Below, piece after piece: positions 8,598 to 19,100 of a stretch of DNA of 64,000 nt. Source of the stretch: Candidatus Aenigmatarchaeota archaeon (GTDB taxonomy: Archaea; Aenigmatarchaeota; Aenigmatarchaeia; GW2011-AR5; JACRAC01); assembly GCA_016187395.1 (NCBI GenBank), contig JACPJV010000006.1, forward strand, positions 62,345-126,344, in the 5' to 3' direction. The notes beneath the pieces were generated by a model, which ran no database searches, was not told the origin of the DNA, and worked only from the letters and a program-made list of their open reading frames with translations. The position numbers and the translations under genes are program-made. Every line of letters starts with the position of its first letter. Positions within the stretch are counted from its first letter, which is position 1.

Positions 8598-9347
8598 ATG
8601 CCGCATAAAAGAGGGGAGCCACGGATTGGGGAAATAGTGATATGCACTATAGGCAAGATCAACCCTAATTCTGCGTATTGCGAGCTGAAGGAATATGAAA
8701 AGAAGGAGGCGCTTATCCACATAAGCGAGGTCAGCAGCGGATGGATTCGGGATATAAGGCACTTCCTCAAAGAGGGGAAGGATGTTGCCGCTGTTGTCCT
8801 GAGGACGAGCCCTCTGGAGCTTTCTATAAAACGCGTGAACGTGAAGAAAAGGTCTGATAAAATAAAAGAATGGAATCTGGAAAAGCGCGCGGAAAAAATG
8901 CTTGCAAACATTGCAAAGGAGAAGGGAATTTCACTCGAGAAGGCTTACGAGGAAATAGGCTACAATCTTCAGGAGACTTTCGGCACTTTGTATGCTGCAT
9001 TCAAAGAGGCTGTGCAAAGGCCTGACAGGCTTAAAAGATACGCAGGGGACTGGTTCGAAGATATATGCAAAACTGCAAAAAAGGAGATAGGCGAAAAGCA
9101 GTATGAATTCAAGGCAGAACTTATCCTTCAATCATTAGATCCTGACGGGATTGCAAAGATAAAGGATGTCCTGCGCAAGGTTCAAAAGGAGGGATTTTCC
9201 GTCAAATACATAGCTGCCCCGAGATACATGGTCCTTATGAAATCCAAGGATCCCAAGAAAGCCAGGAAGGAAATGGAAGAGAAGCTGGCAAGGCTTTCAT
9301 CCAATGCCAACGGGTTGAAATTCAAATTTAATATTTTGAATCAATAA
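8598..9347 (+). CDS. eif2a: translation initiation factor 2 subunit alpha (aIF2-alpha)
   Basis: N-terminal S1 domain (PRIGEIVICTIGKINPNSAYCELKEY...ALIHISEVSSGWIRDIRHF). Canonical S27e-aIF2alpha-Nop10 gene order. Confidence 0.85.
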   Translation: MPHKRGEPRIGEIVICTIGKINPNSAYCELKEYEKKEALIHISEVSSGWIRDIRHFLKEGKDVAAVVLRTSPLELSIKRVNVKKRSDKIKEWNLEKRAEKMLANIAKEKGISLEKAYEEIGYNLQETFGTLYAAFKEAVQRPDRLKRYAGDWFEDICKTAKKEIGEKQYEFKAELILQSLDPDGIAKIKDVLRKVQKEGFSVKYIAAPRYMVLMKSKDPKKARKEMEEKLARLSSNANGLKFKFNILNQ

Positions 9348-9360
9348 TTAGGCTGGTTTT

Positions 9361-9474
9361 ATGATACTGCGTTATTGTTCCAAATGCAAGGATTACTGCA
9401 TATCATTCGTATGCCCGAGATGCGGATTAAGCACCCGCAGCGCGCATCCGACGAAGTTCAGGATGAAAGTTTGA
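9361..9474 (+). CDS. nop10: H/ACA ribonucleoprotein complex subunit Nop10
   Basis: 37-aa zinc-ribbon MILRYCSKCKDYCISFVCPRCGLSTRSAHPTKFRMKV. Typical position after aIF2-alpha. Below the ORF-track length cutoff. Confidence 0.75.
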   Translation: MILRYCSKCKDYCISFVCPRCGLSTRSAHPTKFRMKV

Positions 9475-9475
9475 T

Positions 9476-9626
9476 TATAGTGATGCAAGGAATACAAGAA
9501 TGAGCAAAGCTCATTCTGTACAGCAGGAACTTCGTTCCTGCTTGTAAATCAGGATATAATATTTCCTTGCTCACTATATGTGAACCAACAAGTATCATAT
9601 CGGGATTATTTTGTTGCTTCACTATA
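9476..9626. repeat. MITE-like palindromic repeat element, copy B (~150 nt)
   Basis: Bounded by tatagtgatgcaaggaata ... tccttgctcactata and gtgaaccaa...ttg.ttcactata inverted repeats. ~85% identical over ~85 nt to 51529-51609. Contains nested hairpins aatgagcaaagctcatt and caggaacttcgttcctg. Confidence 0.65.
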
Positions 9627-10130
9627 TTCCAGATTCAGAACCCAGCAGTTCAAGCTTTCATCAAATCTGAAGCCGCTTCTTTTTGCTGTCACATCATATC
9701 TCATTCTTAATCTTTCCTGTCTTTTGCCGCTATAATCATCCCAATATCTGTTGTCCTCTGCCTTCTGAACCCTTATCTGCTTGAAACTGTTTGCAGATGT
9801 CCAATCTACCGCAATTCTCAGAAGCATCCTTTCCCATCGAATTTGTTTGAGGTCTTCCATCTCTCCAAACGCTCCCTGTATCTGCCTTATGATAATATAA
9901 TCATTTTCTGCATCGAATGCAAGGAAGGCTATAGAACGGTTTCCATTCCTCTTCAGTACAAAGCCGTAGGGCGCATCCATATGCATAAATGTTGCGTGAC
10001 CGTTTGGTCCGTGAAACCTAAGGGAATACCTCGATGGATTCAGATCCCTGCTCCTTGAAAATTCCGCCAAATAACTTGCTGCCTCTGCAAAAGACCTTCC
10101 ATCAAAATCCGATAAAACTCTTGACAGCAC
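9606..10130 (-). CDS. hypothetical protein (174 aa)
   Basis: ORF only. Its 3' end abuts repeat copy B. Confidence 0.4.
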   Translation of the reverse strand: MLSRVLSDFDGRSFAEAASYLAEFSRSRDLNPSRYSLRFHGPNGHATFMHMDAPYGFVLKRNGNRSIAFLAFDAENDYIIIRQIQGAFGEMEDLKQIRWERMLLRIAVDWTSANSFKQIRVQKAEDNRYWDDYSGKRQERLRMRYDVTAKRSGFRFDESLNCWVLNLEYSEATK

Positions 10131-10182
10131 AATGAATCTTATTCAAAAAATCTTTAATAGTGCGCAAACAAAAGAATAATTA

Positions 10183-10950
10183 ATGAAAACCAACATCAAG
10201 GTTCTTGAAAAGGTAAAATTTAAAAACCCCATACTGGTTGAAGGGCTTCCTGGCATAGGCAATGTTGGAAGGGTTGCAGCAGGCTATATGATTTCGCAGC
10301 TGAAGATGAAAAAATTTGCAGAGCTGTACTCCCCTCACTTCCTTCCGCTTGTCATAATGCAGCCGAACGGCGTGGCTGTCTCGTTGAAAAACGAGTTCTA
10401 CTACGTGAAAAACAAGAAGAACGACATAATCGTCCTGACAGGCGACACGCAAAGCATATCTCCGGAAGGCCACTATGATGTCTGCGAGAATATCCTTGAC
10501 TTTTCGCAGTCGCTTGGCGTAAAAACCGTGATCGCCCTTGGCGGTTTTGCAGAAGGAAAACCGGTAAGCGATCCTAAAATCATCGGCGCAGTCAATGACA
10601 AAGCATTGCTGAAAAAATACAACAAGTACGACATAAAGTTTGCCAAAGACCAGATGGTCGGCACAATCATAGGAGCTTCCGGGCTTTTGCTGGGCCTCGG
10701 GGCTGCGAGAGGGATGGAGGGCATAGCGCTTCTCGGCCAGACCATGGGATTCCCGCTTGTTACAGATCCCAAGGCGGCTGACCGCATATTGCAGGTTATT
10801 TCAAGGATACTCAAGGTAACCATAGACCTTTCAAAGCTCGAGAATATAATATCAGAGATGGATGACCACCTGAAGAAAACGGACATTATCCACAGGCAGA
10901 CTTTGGATCAATTAACAAAACAGAAAGAGGACGTGAGATACATAGGTTGA
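10183..10950 (+). CDS. PAC2-family proteasome assembly chaperone (PbaA/PbaB-like)
   Basis: N-terminal LVEGLPGIGNVGRVA motif and length/architecture of archaeal PAC2 (ATP-grasp-like) proteins. Confidence 0.6.
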   Translation: MKTNIKVLEKVKFKNPILVEGLPGIGNVGRVAAGYMISQLKMKKFAELYSPHFLPLVIMQPNGVAVSLKNEFYYVKNKKNDIIVLTGDTQSISPEGHYDVCENILDFSQSLGVKTVIALGGFAEGKPVSDPKIIGAVNDKALLKKYNKYDIKFAKDQMVGTIIGASGLLLGLGAARGMEGIALLGQTMGFPLVTDPKAADRILQVISRILKVTIDLSKLENIISEMDDHLKKTDIIHRQTLDQLTKQKEDVRYIG

Positions 10951-11010
10951 AGATTTTTGCGCATTATCCTTCCCACCGACGGCTTTTATTCTTTCCTCTG
11001 AAGTTTATTT

Positions 11011-13146
11011 ATGGGATTGCCCGGGAACGCAAGAATGCATGGATCATTGCTGCGCAACGCCAGGTCTGCGCTTCTGGCCGGGACTGCGCTTCTGGCCGGG
11101 CATGCGCAGGGACAGGAAATCAAGCCTGTCTACGCGCTGAAACAACCAAAGGGCTGCATTTCACTGGAAAGGGAGCTGGGAAACTTTCCAAAAAGCCCTG
11201 CTACTCTGGAAGAGATGAATCTTGCATACAGGAGGCTGGAAAATTCTCATGCTGGCAGAGAAGTCAGGTACGAAGCCGGAGACGGAGAACTGGTGGTGAG
11301 AAGAAACGGAAATGGCGCATTCGACAACTGGGCAGTTATTGGAGATGACCAAAGAAGACTGCGGGGAGAGGCGAATTACTTTGAAGGCGGGAATGCAGTA
11401 AAATGCAGTTCGACGGGGGAAAGCTGCACTCCCATGGGATCGGAAAAATTTCCGCTAAGCGATAAAATTCCTTTAAACCAGCCTGCGGATTCTATTATAT
11501 TCGGCAGGCTTGCAGAGGAAATAGAGGGGTTTGCAGAAATAATGAAAACAGAAGGCGATGGACGTAGCTATGCAGAATTTTGGAAAGGAACGGCGGCTTA
11601 CAAAGGACGTGCTGCGGATGTGTTTGAATTCAAGGCAGGCTCGAGGTTTGATCCTGCCAGGGATTCTTTTTACTACGAGAGACTGGGACTGGAAACGCTT
11701 GACCAATGCGCATGGGTCTATCTGGACAGGGAAACCGGGGTTCCTCTTGTAATTTCTGCGCGCATTATGTCTTTCGGAACAGACACAAGGACTACTGGTG
11801 TAAGACCGTACAAGGAAGCACTGAATTCTGCTGAATCTTCCCGGCCTGCTGAAGGCGAAAAGAAAGAATGCATTCCTGACGGCACAATCGCCTGGCTTGA
11901 ATACCTGTCTCCTGAGCAGAGGTTTGGGGCAGGGGTAAGGGGATTCATAAAAGGGATAAAAGGGCTGTTCGACTGGGGCGATGAAAGCACCGGCGCTCCC
12001 ATGACGCGCGTTGAGGCGCCGGACGGAAGATCGTGGTCTTTTGAAGGTGTGGCGCCGCTTGGCTTCTCGCCTGACGGTTCCAATCTTTATGCAATCAGTG
12101 CCCGTTATGACGAGCGCAATCCCGGAGATAATAACCCGCAGCTGTTTCTTGCAGAGCTTGACAGGAATGCAGGCGTGAGGGAAATCCAGATGCCTGTGGA
12201 CTATGTGCTTGCCATAGGATATGGTCACCAAACTCATAACAGCCAGATTGGAAGAAATCTTGTTACAAGGTCAGGGTGCCTTGTGGTAAAGGCAGAGGAG
12301 GGTCACGGCAGGACAGACCTGCTTTCGTACAAGCATGACGAACCTGACGGCGAGGCGAAATGGAAAAGGCTTACCGAGCGCGGTATAGTTACAAACTTCT
12401 CTGTTGCAGAAAATTCAGATAAAGTATGCTACCTTCTCCAGGAAGAAAGGCAGAGGGTTTTCTGCGCAGACCTTGACGGGGAATGCAGGGCAAACTTCGC
12501 CAGCACGTATCGCCTGATCCTTCCTAAAGGCTATGAAATCAGTGAATATGCCAATATCACAATCTCTCCTGACGGAAGCATGGGTGCTATTACTGCATTC
12601 ACCACGCCTGTCAGTGGCGGTGAACTTATAGGCGATGAGGATATATTCACATTTTCTTTGCCTGACGACCCGCGCGTTTTTGTTCCGACACGTACAAGAA
12701 CCGAACCAGCAGGGCATCTTTTCGACCGCATTTCGACAGGCAGGATACCTCTAAGCATAAACGAGACTGGAAGAAGAGTTCTGGAAGAAGCAACGTACAA
12801 CCAGAATGCATGGCGCGGAAGGCCTATGCAAATGACGGATTCCGGGGAAATTATTTTTACTGACGACGGGCAGATATATGCTGCTGATGCCTTTCATGGC
12901 GACGCACCCCGTGCGGTCGCGCCATCGCCGGCAAAAATGCTCTCCTACCCGTTTGTTTCGGAAGAAGGCATATTTTTCCATTCCATTGACAAGCCTGTCG
13001 GCCTTGCAGTGAAAGCAATGGAAGAGGATTATTCCTTTGAATTTCCGGGGAGTATCAGGTACATCAGCGTTTCAGGCAACAGAGAAACAGAGGTCAGGAA
13101 GATACGCGGGATATCCCCTCTTTTCATCGTATTTGACGGAAAATGA
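11011..13146 (+). CDS. secreted/lipoprotein-like protein with PD40/TolB-like beta-propeller repeats (711 aa)
   Basis: Hydrophobic N-terminus (ALLAGTALLAGHAQG). Repeated SPDGS-type motifs (SPDGSNLYAIS, SPDGSMGAIT). Start uncertain (overlapping 10947..11348 frame rejected). Confidence 0.45.
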   Translation: MGLPGNARMHGSLLRNARSALLAGTALLAGHAQGQEIKPVYALKQPKGCISLERELGNFPKSPATLEEMNLAYRRLENSHAGREVRYEAGDGELVVRRNGNGAFDNWAVIGDDQRRLRGEANYFEGGNAVKCSSTGESCTPMGSEKFPLSDKIPLNQPADSIIFGRLAEEIEGFAEIMKTEGDGRSYAEFWKGTAAYKGRAADVFEFKAGSRFDPARDSFYYERLGLETLDQCAWVYLDRETGVPLVISARIMSFGTDTRTTGVRPYKEALNSAESSRPAEGEKKECIPDGTIAWLEYLSPEQRFGAGVRGFIKGIKGLFDWGDESTGAPMTRVEAPDGRSWSFEGVAPLGFSPDGSNLYAISARYDERNPGDNNPQLFLAELDRNAGVREIQMPVDYVLAIGYGHQTHNSQIGRNLVTRSGCLVVKAEEGHGRTDLLSYKHDEPDGEAKWKRLTERGIVTNFSVAENSDKVCYLLQEERQRVFCADLDGECRANFASTYRLILPKGYEISEYANITISPDGSMGAITAFTTPVSGGELIGDEDIFTFSLPDDPRVFVPTRTRTEPAGHLFDRISTGRIPLSINETGRRVLEEATYNQNAWRGRPMQMTDSGEIIFTDDGQIYAADAFHGDAPRAVAPSPAKMLSYPFVSEEGIFFHSIDKPVGLAVKAMEEDYSFEFPGSIRYISVSGNRETEVRKIRGISPLFIVFDGK

Positions 13147-13188
13147 TGCATGCAGCAGATTTATTTGACCGAGAATCTTCTTTAGTGC

Positions 13189-14160
13189 ATGGACGACTAT
13201 GGAAATCTGAGCGTTGTTTTTGCTGTTATTATGTCCGTGATAATTCTGATAATCGCGGTTCCTGTGTTCTTGCGCGCCTCAAGCGCCGGCCTGAATGAAA
13301 CGAGAACAGACGTGGAACTGCCTGAAGCAGGACTTATAGAAATGAAGGGCAGGGATTCAAAGGTTACTTACACTATGAACGAGAATAACATAAAATACAG
13401 GGTTGATGCTGACCTGCAATTAAAATCTGAAAGGAACGAGCAGATAATTTTTGTTATAAGATTCAAGGGAATGGAGATTGCAGCTCCGTGCATATCCGCG
13501 GGGGGCTTTGCGGAAATCCCGTGCAGCCTTCCTTCAGATGGATCTGCCCACGATTTTCGAATAACAGCGGACTTTGAAGGCTCCTATTCCAGCATTCCTC
13601 CGATAATCAATCTTTCTGCCTACTCATCTACAAGCGAATGGCCAAAGGCTGCAGGCACGCAGGGCGTCCTGAATTTCGAGCCAGAGGGGCAGCAGTTTAT
13701 CGTCGGCCACTATTCTGCGTTTGTGGTTGAGAGGGCTCTGGCTGAAATAGAGACCAGAGTCATTGACGTACCGACCGGCCTGGCGAAATACAAGGTCACG
13801 GTGAAGTGCGTGAATGACTTTTCCAAGATAATCAAGATGGATATAGGCGAAAAGCAGAGGGTGCCTTTTTACTGCAACGGAGAGATAAGCGTAGAAATAC
13901 CAGGGGAAAACAAGATAAGAATAGCGACGAGGAACGGAGACGAATGGCATGGAACAGGGGAGAAGATAGACGTATACGCATGGAGGGTTTTTGACGGATT
14001 TGACTGCGGAGGATTCACTGATGCATACTCACCGTTTTCAGTCTCAGCTGCGCTGAGGGATGAGCAGTGCCTGAATCACTTTATAGACACGGAGATCATC
14101 CAGTCTCCTTTAGGAGATGGGTATGACAGCAATCTGGATTTGCTTCCACTGGTGGGATAG
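13189..14160 (+). CDS. membrane-anchored secreted protein (N-terminal TM helix; 323 aa)
   Basis: N-terminal hydrophobic helix VVFAVIMSVIILIIAVPVFL, then Cys-containing extracytoplasmic region. No known domain recognised. Confidence 0.4.
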   Translation: MDDYGNLSVVFAVIMSVIILIIAVPVFLRASSAGLNETRTDVELPEAGLIEMKGRDSKVTYTMNENNIKYRVDADLQLKSERNEQIIFVIRFKGMEIAAPCISAGGFAEIPCSLPSDGSAHDFRITADFEGSYSSIPPIINLSAYSSTSEWPKAAGTQGVLNFEPEGQQFIVGHYSAFVVERALAEIETRVIDVPTGLAKYKVTVKCVNDFSKIIKMDIGEKQRVPFYCNGEISVEIPGENKIRIATRNGDEWHGTGEKIDVYAWRVFDGFDCGGFTDAYSPFSVSAALRDEQCLNHFIDTEIIQSPLGDGYDSNLDLLPLVG

Positions 14161-14721
14161 ATGCAGCTAAACATGGCTTATAGTGCTATATTGTTTGTTG
14201 TTCTGGCAGCGATAGCGTTTGTTATAATGAGCAACACCTCCGTTTTAGCCAAGGACAAGCCTGACATTTACGGCAGCGGCATAGCGACTGTGCACGCATC
14301 ATTCCTGGCTTCAGAGCTGCCTCAATGCAGCAAAACCCCAAGCGGAGCTCTTTACAGGCTTTCAATAACAGTTGATGCGACGATAGAAGACCCCGGGAAA
14401 AGATCCGGAGATATAGTAATGCTTGCAGAGTATCCGGAGCTTAACGAAATAAAAATCCAGCCTCTTGCCGATTCAGTCAGCATGAACGACGGATTTATGC
14501 AGGGAATATTTCGGATAAATCTTGGCGGAAGCAACACTCCTGAAGAAGGCAACAGGATAAACGTGGCGTTCTTTTTTAGCGAGCCCTGCACGTATACTGA
14601 TACAGGCGTTTCAACTGGAGGGGGTTTTCCAGCGATAAGCCTCGGCAACTTCATAAATACCTGTCGCGACTCGTTTTTGGGAATGCAAAGAATAGATTTG
14701 CCTGCTATCAGCTGCCCTTGA
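14161..14721 (+). CDS. membrane-anchored secreted protein (186 aa)
   Basis: N-terminal TM helix (AILFVVLAAIAFVIMS). Start codon abuts stop of previous gene. Confidence 0.4.
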   Translation: MQLNMAYSAILFVVLAAIAFVIMSNTSVLAKDKPDIYGSGIATVHASFLASELPQCSKTPSGALYRLSITVDATIEDPGKRSGDIVMLAEYPELNEIKIQPLADSVSMNDGFMQGIFRINLGGSNTPEEGNRINVAFFFSEPCTYTDTGVSTGGGFPAISLGNFINTCRDSFLGMQRIDLPAISCP

Positions 14722-14733
14722 CGGTGAATATCT

Positions 14734-14904
14734 ATGGGAATCAAAGAGATGGCTGCAGGAAGGCCTGCGGAAATAGCGCTGATAATACTGGTTTTGCTGA
14801 TAATCATAGTGATAGTTACGGGCCTGATAACTTCTCCGGGAGGCGCAACTGACATACGCGATTTTATCGTGTCGATAACCCGCGGTGCGACTAACTTTGG
14901 CTGA
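14734..14904 (+). CDS. small single-pass membrane protein (~56 aa)
   Basis: MGIKEMAAGRPAEIALIILVLLIIIVIVTGL... Below the ORF-track cutoff. Confidence 0.3.
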   Translation: MGIKEMAAGRPAEIALIILVLLIIIVIVTGLITSPGGATDIRDFIVSITRGATNFG

Positions 14905-15170
14905 ATGAAATGGAATTTATAGCTCTGTAGAAAACCTTGTCGAAATGATGATCACCTATACTCCCCGCCTACAATGCGAATCGAAGATTCGCATGTACAG
15001 TGAAGAGCGGAATTCTTCTCGTACAGAAGAAATCTTTGATTCCTTCCTGTAAAGGCAGAGTTTTTATGGGGAGGCTTCCGACGATAAGATAGAGGGAACA
15101 GAATATACTTTTCCATCAGAAAAAGAAAGTTTTCAGACAACATTACATTGAAGGCTTGATTCTTCTGGAA

Positions 15171-15314
15171 TCATCTGATTCCAGAAACGAATTCTTTGAA
15201 CCTGTCGATCACCGAATCTACTCCAGGAACTATCCCTCCAAGAAGCATGAGCGCTATTGCAAGAACTATGACGAATATGACAATTGCAACCAGTACCGAG
15301 GTTACCTGAACCAT
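15171..15314 (-). CDS. small single-pass membrane protein (~47 aa)
   Basis: Internal start MVQVTSVLVAIVIFVIVLAIALMLLGG. The longer 92-aa frame has an implausible N-terminus. Confidence 0.3.
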   Translation of the reverse strand: MVQVTSVLVAIVIFVIVLAIALMLLGGIVPGVDSVIDRFKEFVSGIR

Positions 15315-15677
15315 TGACAGTAGAATGGATTGCCGGATTAAAATGCTTTTTGCTGTTTCGGTTGGTTGTATTAACCTAAGGTATGAACAAATAGGAAGCC
15401 TCCTGCAAACTGGTGAGGCTTGGAAGATGAATGGACGGTTGCTTCGCAACCGTCAATCTGCATCCCGGCTGTTTCAACCCCCGAAATTACCTTCTGGCAA
15501 GGAAACAGCCAAGAGGCAACCGGACTGATGAGCAATCGTATAAATTCACTCATCAGTCATTCTGCATCGTGAGGCGGCATTTACAAAATGCCTCCCTACT
15601 TTTTGATTCAATGAAATCATACGCTAAGTTAACAGAACCCTAACACCAAGATCGAAGGCTTATTGTTTCATCTCGCG

Positions 15678-16082
15678 TCAGCATTCACAGGAGCCGTAGG
15701 TTTCTCTTGTTGCAGGATGCTCCCTGACTTTTCTGCAGAAGTCAAGCCAGTTATCTATCACTGGCCTGAATGATTGCAAGTAATCGCAGGCATTGCCGCG
15801 AACTACGCAGCCGCCGCCGCAGTTTTCCAGGCATACCAGGTACGCGCCTTCCTCAACGCCATAAAGATTCTCGCAGGCATTAAGCCATGAAGGATATTCC
15901 CTTGCAAGGTTTATACTTGCACGATCCGGATTGCTGCATATGGCTGCGCAGCCGCTCCGGAATTCCTTCTCAAGAGTGGCGCGGTCGAAGAAAGACAGGC
16001 CGCTGAGAAGGAAATAGGTCAAGACCGCTATCACCAGCGCTGCCATTACAATTATGACCACTCCTTTTATTGCCAATGCCAT
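15678..16082 (-). CDS. Cys-rich secreted protein with archaeal class-III (type IV pilin-like) signal-peptide candidate
   Basis: Internal start MALAIKG|VVIIVMAALVIAVLTYFLL: K-G followed by ~20 hydrophobic residues fits the prepilin-peptidase pattern. Mature part has 11 Cys. Immediately downstream of the giant gene. Confidence 0.4.
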   Translation of the reverse strand: MALAIKGVVIIVMAALVIAVLTYFLLSGLSFFDRATLEKEFRSGCAAICSNPDRASINLAREYPSWLNACENLYGVEEGAYLVCLENCGGGCVVRGNACDYLQSFRPVIDNWLDFCRKVREHPATRETYGSCEC

Positions 16083-16120
16083 CGAAACACACCTCCCGAT
16101 TCGCTGCATCCACTTGCACG

Positions 16121-19100
16121 CTAGCTTCTCTTATATTCAATCCACAGCCTTATTTTTTCGCGGTTGATTAATATTACTATCACCACGATGATCACTATTG
16201 CAATCACTGCTGCTAATGCCCATGGAAACTCTCCCTGCGCAGCTCCTCCTGCGCCCTGATCTCCTGCCAGCCCTATCCTGGTGCCGTATACGCGGAGCTC
16301 AAATATCTTCACTATGCTCCTGTCTGCACGCTCTGCCTCATCTATGTTTATGCGCACCCATCTTGCGGTTGCAGGCCCGAAGTATGTGACGTTCCAGTCA
16401 CGCTCGTATTGAGCATTATCTACGTCAGCGACCTCGAGGTATGTGCTGTCGTCTTTGCTGACCTCTATTGAAAAGGACCTGGGCCTGTCTATCTGGGAGT
16501 ATATTCCTATACCATTCACAGACATTTCCTGCGACAGGTCAACCTTTATCCATGCCGGAAGGGGAGATTCCCAGAACGTGGAAGGGTCGCTGTCTATCGC
16601 AAGCGTAGGCCCAAAGCCTGCTGCAGATGACTTGGCAAAGGCATTTGCTATTGAAAGCGAAAGACCTGCAGGCTCATAAAAATCTTGGGCTCCGCCGCAT
16701 ATGATTGTTCCCGTCTCTGAGCATATCAGAGGCTCGCTGTACGTGCTTCCGTAAACGCCTATTGAAATAGATTTTGGATCTGAATCTGAAAAGTCTGCCT
16801 GATATGACATGCTTTCTGCATAGAGCCTTTGAGACTGCACGCCGCTTACAGATATTACAGTATAATTTCCTCCTGTCCTGACTGCCTGGACGCTTGCAAC
16901 ATACTTCTGTTTCACAGGATCAAATACGCACGTGGATTTTTCTATGGTTATGCCGCATCCTTCCTGTGAAGGCGTGCATGCAGGCATCGTGTTTTCCCTG
17001 CAGCATACTGTTCCTGCAGTGCACGTGCCTTCTCTCTGCTCTCTGTCCAGGCACAGCTGTACATTGTCCGTGCATGACGGCAGGCATGTATATGCGCAGC
17101 CGCCTCCTGGGGGTGTAACGACAAGCTGCTGCACAGCGCTGGTGGATGAGGAGCCTGCGCTATCCCGGGCAGACACGTACCATGTATACGATCCCGGGTT
17201 CTTGCCAACCGCAGCTGTGCAGGAATATCCTGCTCCGTCACGCGACATTGTACACAGCTTTTCACTGCATATTGAGTCAAGGCACGCTTCTGCGCGGGTT
17301 ATGTTGTCTGATTCCGCATCCCTAAGCTCTGCGTAGAATTTCACGCTGCCTCCCTGCTGAACAGAAGAAGGCTCTGCCCTTGCGTTTGCTATCGCAGGTG
17401 CCAGGTTTCCCTGCCCTTCTGTGATTATTAAAATGCTCTGCTTCTGTTCGCTCTGGTTGTTTATAACTGTAAGCGTCGTGAGCGAGGTTCTCTTTGGCAG
17501 GGATATCTTTGCAACAAGGGAATTTCCTGTCTGGATTGATGCCTGAATCTGCCCTGCACCGCACTGCTTTGTTGAAGATCCTGCCTGCAAGGTTGCAGAT
17601 GCGTTGCTTGTGCAGGATATTGAATATGAATCTGAGAAGCCTGTGTTTGTTATTGTAATCTCATGATCGACTGGCGCTGACACGGTTTTCTGCTCTGATG
17701 ATGGCTGCAACAGAAAGTCGTAGTTGTTTACAGCAACAAAAACAGATCCCAGGAATGTGCTGGTGGTTCCTGCTTTTGCTATGACACATAGCCAGTAGCT
17801 CTTGTCAGCAAAGCTGGCGGTGTTCCAGGCTGCTGTGTAGGTTTTTTTGTCTCCGGATCCTTCAGCCTGCATGGAGAACAGAGGTGCGCCTGCGCACTGC
17901 CGGGAGTTTGCAGAAACAGAGAAGTCAATTTCATCAAAGGTTCCGCGTATGACTGCTTCCACCGAGGCTGTGCCTGAAAGAACTGCCCCTTCCCGGGGCG
18001 ACACTATGCTGGTTTCAGGCGCTGTTACTGTGAAGCTCATTCCTACATTCTTTGATGAAAACTCAGGAGCCTGTTCGCATTCCTGCTCAGAGATTGCCGA
18101 GGCAAGGTCGCCGTGAACCGTGCATGAATTGATTGTCCACGTCCCTGCGCTGTCGAGGAATATTGGTATTTCTACTGGTGTTTCACCTGATCTGAACAGT
18201 GTGCAGGAGGATTTTGGCTCGACCATTGTCCCATCACTTCGCGCAACCTCGCATGAAGCGAAACCGCGGTAATCCTCTCCAAACGAATTTGCCACAGACA
18301 TGGATATCTTTGCTGTTTCACCGACGAATGTACCGGGCGGTACTATGCCCAATATCTCCAGCCCTGGAATGCCTATGCAGCTTGTCGCGATGCGCGCCTG
18401 TATCCTTTCTTCTAACGACTCAGTGTCTTCAAGCAGACTTTCAATTGAGCTCTTTGACGGATTCAGCAAGGCTGCGTCCAGCAATTGCAAATGATCTTCG
18501 CGCCATGCGCAGGCTTCCTTCAGTATGTCCGCGCACACGCGCTCGCCTTCGCTGATCCTTCTTGCGACAACAGACGGGCAGTTTTGCACAATAGAGCTCC
18601 AGCGGCTTGCTGCAGATGCCAGCCTTTCTAAGTTATAGAACGGGCACGCGAAGCTGTAATTTACAGATCTATACGACTGTATATTTGTTCCTGTTACGTC
18701 CTCGCCTCTTATGTAGAAATATATATCATCTTCTACGTCTGTCGGGCACGCGACTTCATTATTATAATTGTCCCCGAACACTCCCCTTCCTGTCGGATCT
18801 AATTCAGCAGCACAATCCTTCAAAGTTCCTGAAATGCCTGTTCTCGTTATGCCGCACTGCGACGCAAGGCACTGCTCGGGGGTTGCGCCGCGCCTGCACG
18901 CCCTTACCTCCTGGCCAAAAAGCGTCTGCTCCAGTGCAATATCAACAGACATTTCTGTGGTATTGTCCTTTGGCTGCATGCATGTATAATAGTCAAAACC
19001 GGCGCCGCTTCCAAAGACCGGGCATTTGAATATGCCTGCGTTAAAGCTGCAGTCTGCTGCGCAGCTCTGGCTAGTCTCGCCACGCTCAGGCTCGCACACG

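Noticed and set aside
9476-9626. CRISPR array considered for the recurring palindromic repeats
   Set aside because: Copies are dispersed tens of kb apart, not regularly spaced with unique spacers, and no cas genes are present.
10947-11348. 133-aa ORF overlapping the start of the 711-aa gene
   Set aside because: Arg/Gly/Ser low-complexity translation. Same region is better explained as the 5' end of the 11011..13146 gene.
15520-15580. Possible C/D-box sRNA (ctgatgag ... tcatcag hairpin with UGAUGA)
   Set aside because: No properly spaced D/D' (CUGA) boxes or terminal stem in either orientation. More likely a simple hairpin.
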